Source of the DNA: an uncultured Planctomycetaceae bacterium
Lineage (GTDB): Bacteria; Planctomycetota; Planctomycetia; Pirellulales; Thermoguttaceae
NCBI GenBank assembly: GCA_964652875.1
Contig: CAZZEF010000002.1
Location: 1 to 58,812 of the forward strand
DNA length: 58,812 bases
Direction of reading: 5' to 3'
This document shows positions 56,135 through 58,812 of the stretch, piece after piece. The position numbers and the translations under genes were made by a program. The first letter of the stretch is position 1; each line of letters begins with the position of its first letter. A model generated the notes under the pieces. That model searched no databases and had not been told where the DNA came from. It was given only the letters and a program-made list of their open reading frames with translations.

Positions 56135-56461
56135 TTATTCTTTTTCAAGAACAACAGCAGTTCCGTAACAGCTTATTTCACTGGCCTGTTGCGTAACGGC
56201 GCTAGTCGAAAAACGAACACCAACAACAGCATTGGCGCCAAGATTTTTCGCATTTTCGATCATTCGATTGATTGCTTCCGCCCGACTTTCGGTTAAAAGT
56301 TCGGTATAACCGGCCAATTCTCCCCCCATAATATTTTTTAGTCCCGCCATAATATCCCGGCCGATATGTTTGCAACGAACCGTATTGCCGCTGACAATTC
56401 CCAACATCTCTTTAATCTTATATCCTGCAACATATTCTGTTGTTACTATAATCATATACAA
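56135..56461 (-). CDS. ybjQ: YbjQ/UPF0145-family protein
   Basis: Contains GYKIKEMLGIVSGNTVRCKHIGRDIMAGLKNIMGGELAGYTELL...ANAVVGVRF....GTAVV. Confidence 0.8.
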   Translation of the reverse strand: MYMIIVTTEYVAGYKIKEMLGIVSGNTVRCKHIGRDIMAGLKNIMGGELAGYTELLTESRAEAINRMIENAKNLGANAVVGVRFSTSAVTQQASEISCYGTAVVLEKE

Positions 56462-56601
56462 TACCTTTAATATCCAGCATAAATGCTATGTTATTTTATT
56501 ATTGAGCCAAGATTACTTTTTAGAATCGGCTATCAATAATTGTTAACAACATCTATCATTATCACTTCGAAATTGAAATATTTTATATCCCGGCGGAAAA
56601 C

Positions 56602-57675
56602 TCAAGATACAAAACGAAAATGCTCCGGAAGTCGAATCAGACATCCACCCCAAGAGAGTCCGACTCCAAATCCAATTAAAAGAGCCAACTGTTCTTTCCG
56701 CAAAAATCCCGAAGCCATTGCGTCAATAATTGCAATAGGAATACTGCTTGATACCGTATTACCGCGGTCCAGCATATTATTGAAATACTTGTTTTTATCA
56801 ATACAACAAAGATCCCGCAGCCGGTCAAGCATGTATTTATTGGCCTGATGAAAAATATAAGATTCGATCTCAATATTTTTTTCCTGGCAGTATCGGCGAT
56901 ATTCTTCAACCAAAGGCGGAATACGATCAATTGAAAATGTAAAAATACCGGGTCCGTTCATGTATAAATCGTTTTTTGTTCGAACGGCTCCCGAACTGTC
57001 GGTGTATTCTCTAGCGGTTTCTTCCGATTTTGCCAATCGCTGCGCTCCGGCGGGAACCATTAACAAATTCGCCCCGGATCCATCAGTTCCAAAATGAAAT
57101 TCGCCTAAGCGGTAGTCATGATCCGGCGCGTCGAAATCAGCATTAATCAGCGAAGCGGTCGCCCCGTCACCGAACAGAGGACGACTGGCCCGATCTTTTT
57201 TATTGATATATCGAGAATATGTTTCGGAGGTCACCAGGAGAATATTTTTCGCAAGTCCTGATTCAACAAGACCTTTGCAAACAGCGAGAGAATATATATA
57301 ACCGCTGCAACCAAGATTGAGATCAAATGCCCCCGACTGAACCGGAATGCCCAGTTTATTTTGCAAAATACAGGCAGAAGTTGGTAAAAAATAGTCCGGG
57401 GATTGAGTACAAAGAACAACGAAGTCAATTTGATCCGGTTTGCAAATTCCGCTGTCAAAAAGTTTCTGTCCGGCTTTAACCGCCATATCGAGGGCAGTTT
57501 CCCCTTCTGAAACGATGGGTCGGGTTTTAATGCCGAGTTTTCGTTCGATCTTCTCCGGCGTCCAGCCTGAAAAAATATTAGCTAACTCTTCATTTCCCAA
57601 TCTGTTATCCGGAAGATAGGAAGAAATACCGCTTATTTGGGCTGTAATCACCTGACTAAACTCCAAAGTTTCCAT
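56602..57675 (-). CDS. fabH: 3-oxoacyl-ACP synthase III (FabH-like)
   Basis: Contains the active-site context LNLGCSGYIYSLAVCKG, IFHQAN and GNTVSSSIPI. Confidence 0.8.
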   Translation of the reverse strand: METLEFSQVITAQISGISSYLPDNRLGNEELANIFSGWTPEKIERKLGIKTRPIVSEGETALDMAVKAGQKLFDSGICKPDQIDFVVLCTQSPDYFLPTSACILQNKLGIPVQSGAFDLNLGCSGYIYSLAVCKGLVESGLAKNILLVTSETYSRYINKKDRASRPLFGDGATASLINADFDAPDHDYRLGEFHFGTDGSGANLLMVPAGAQRLAKSEETAREYTDSSGAVRTKNDLYMNGPGIFTFSIDRIPPLVEEYRRYCQEKNIEIESYIFHQANKYMLDRLRDLCCIDKNKYFNNMLDRGNTVSSSIPIAIIDAMASGFLRKEQLALLIGFGVGLSWGGCLIRLPEHFRFVS

Positions 57676-58406
57676 TGAAACATTTTATTTACTATTTCGT
57701 TTCTCAATTATTACAAGCCAATCGATTTCATTTTGGCCTTCCGTTTCACAAACGAAAGACTTCTCTGCTTCCAAGCACAAACGACAATAAAACCAAAACT
57801 ATTCGAATGCTTTATAATTAAAAAAACGCGGTTTGATTCGGTATTATATTTCCTTACCGGATTTTATGTTCTGTCCTCAATAATCTTTTCAGTAAAATTG
57901 AAGGTCCATCCAGTAACAAAGGATATTCATTATCTTTGTTTACCAATACCTGAATACCTGTTTAATTCCAATATATTATTGCCATTCTTCAAAATTACGT
58001 CAAGACGACTTTTCGTTTTTTCGTTCGGAAACAACCGCTTCTTCCCCTTTTTTTAAATGATCGGTTCCAAGATCAACCGCACTGACTTTCAAACCAACGA
58101 ATTTTAGAAAAATACAATATTTTATTAGATGAAAAATTTTTAAAAAATGTATTACGGCTTCTTCCGAAAAAAAATGCATGGACTATAATATAATTAACAA
58201 GTGTTTGCGAGGAAACTCGAATTGTAATATTTTTATCAATTTTCTGTTTAATATTCATTTCCCAATCCTTCATTAATATTCAAATTAAAATACAAACTAT
58301 CCTGAAGGATAAGAAATGCCTTTCGATCATTTCACTCTATGCACTTATTGATATATCACGTTTTTTATTCCGTTTTATAAAATTTAATTCATTTTAAAGG
58401 TTTTTT

Positions 58407-58812
58407 ATGCCATTATTAATTTTAAGATGTATTTTTCTTTTGGTCGCCAGCGGCATCGGAGTTTTCTCCGTTCGTTCAGGAGGATTTTTCGATGAAAATC
58501 CTGGCGCCAATTTAGTTGTTTTTTTCGGTATTATTTTTTATACACTCGCCCTGATCTTTACCGATATGGCCTTTCCGAAAAAAAAGGTTCAATGGCTTTC
58601 CTCCATTTATTTCGGCATGCTGATCGGATTGGTTCTGACTTATTTTATGGGCATGGCCATCGAACCGTTTTTCAAAGAAGAAATTCGTCCGGACGGTACT
58701 GTAATCGTCAGTGAATTGAGACGAAATATTACGGCGATCATGTTGATCTCCTTCAGCTATTGCGGCATCAGTTTTCTTTGGCAAACATGCAACGATTTCC
58801 GTTTTATTATTC
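58407..58812 (+). CDS. Multi-TM protein, N-terminal part (YacL-like PIN/TRAM membrane protein?), runs off the right edge
   Basis: My own translation from ATG 58407 reads MPLLILRCIFLLVASGIGVF...CNDFRFII. It is open to the window end and is not in the ORF track. Confidence 0.45.
   Translation, partial: MPLLILRCIFLLVASGIGVFSVRSGGFFDENPGANLVVFFGIIFYTLALIFTDMAFPKKKVQWLSSIYFGMLIGLVLTYFMGMAIEPFFKEEIRPDGTVIVSELRRNITAIMLISFSYCGISFLWQTCNDFRFII

Overview
This 58.8-kb window is bacterial chromosomal DNA. Sampled host genes are about 45% GC. The taxon is probably a PVC-superphylum organism; this is an inference from a DUF1559-like SWRVxLLP motif protein, a Tat-signal Gfo/Idh/MocA oxidoreductase, Ser/Thr kinase plus FHA genes, and many large secreted proteins. 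Positions 1-10.8 kb are a phage-derived cluster. A tail-and-lysis-like block lies on the minus strand: tail-terminator-like, tube-like, several unknowns, a papain-like peptidase, membrane proteins and two DUF551-like genes. It diverges from a head block on the plus strand: scaffold-like, HK97-type major capsid, adaptor-like. No portal, terminase, tape measure or integrase is visible. Positions 11-58.8 kb carry mostly chromosomal genes: Ser/Thr kinase, ComEA, FHA protein, rpsT, a TPR protein, McsB, a tRNA-Asn/Leu/Gln cluster, RsmG, PCM, an HtrA-like protease, ParA, an ACE-like M2 peptidase, a POT transporter, a large glycoside-hydrolase-like protein, a BASS transporter, FtsH, YbjQ and FabH. A small accessory island sits at 46-51 kb with a BspA-type LRR protein, an immunity-like protein and a DUF3592-like membrane protein. 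The most unusual signals are non-coding. First, a dispersed ~100-nt palindrome-bearing repeat family has at least 10 clear copies in both orientations, including an 85-nt perfect direct repeat that brackets a 2.85-kb cassette. Second, a phage-specific hairpin/leader element is repeated four times directly upstream of start codons. Third, there is a two-unit 29-nt mini-repeat. Fourth, two genes are split by an extra base in an A5/T5 run. I recognised no CRISPR array, cas genes, rRNA, transposase or integrase. All functional calls come from motif recognition in the translated ORFs. No database search was run.
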